Shown piece after piece: positions 63,539 to 64,000 of a stretch of 64,000 nucleotides of DNA; the stretch's first letter is position 1, and each line of letters begins with the position of its first letter. Under the pieces are notes generated by a model. That model was not told where the DNA came from. It did no database searches and was given only the letters and a program-made list of their open reading frames with translations. Both the position numbers and the translations under genes were made by a program. The stretch comes from Callorhinchus milii. Lineage: Eukaryota. The stretch is taken from the NCBI RefSeq assembly GCF_018977255.1, contig NW_024704743.1, forward strand, positions 100,504,001 to 100,568,000. Direction: 5' to 3'.

Positions 63539-64000
63539 TCAATGTCAGAACTAAGTTTATGAAAAATGCCTGTTGCATTTGAAGATTTTCTTTGTCTGTG
63601 CTGCCATCCCATTTTGTACTTGGTTACCATTCATCTTGGATTTCTTAAAATAAAACATTGCTCTTCTGAGCTGGAGTGTTATGATCAGTAAGGTTGTAAT
63701 GGCAACATTAGCTCTGCATGAAACATTTCAATCCTTGAATCTCATTTTCTAGATATTGGCATTTTTGTTGTCAGATGGATGAATTATCTCGGTTCAGGAT
63801 TGCCCCACAACGTATAGCTGCAACACAATCATTCTCAGCTACAGATTCTCTTAGACATCAATTCAAAGACTGACTGCATTGCTTTGACGCAAGACCCAGA
63901 GGCAGAGTTAGCCATGCATCTTTGTTCTACATGCCTACGCAACATGAACTTTTTCTTAAAATAGACATCAAGTAGCACAAATGAATTTTTAATACTTCCA

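Overview
Eukaryotic, repeat-rich vertebrate DNA. The repeat set (L2-clade and CR1-clade LINEs, Deu-domain SINEs resembling SacSINE1, a Penelope-type remnant) points to a cartilaginous fish; this is inferred from recalled repeat families, not from a search. No host protein-coding gene, rRNA, genuine tRNA or CRISPR array can be supported, so the window reads as a large intron or intergenic region. Almost all ORF-track entries are retroelement fragments or chance ORFs. The only long intact frame is a 5'-truncated L2 reverse transcriptase ORF2 (40703-42607). Most notable observations: (1) a minimal Penelope-type hammerhead ribozyme motif at 63501-63537 (-); (2) an abundant modular SINE (tRNA-Ala-like head + CORE-like box + Deu-type 3' segment + L2 tail) in long and short forms; (3) a 3' stem-loop shared by LINEs and SINEs, with compensatory base changes; (4) two L2 copies sharing the same ORF2 frameshift; (5) several fold-back or templated duplications; (6) a pre-miRNA-like hairpin; (7) a duplicated unique segment next to an orphan ORF; (8) a dense E-box cluster. 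Repeat boundaries were read by eye and are approximate.
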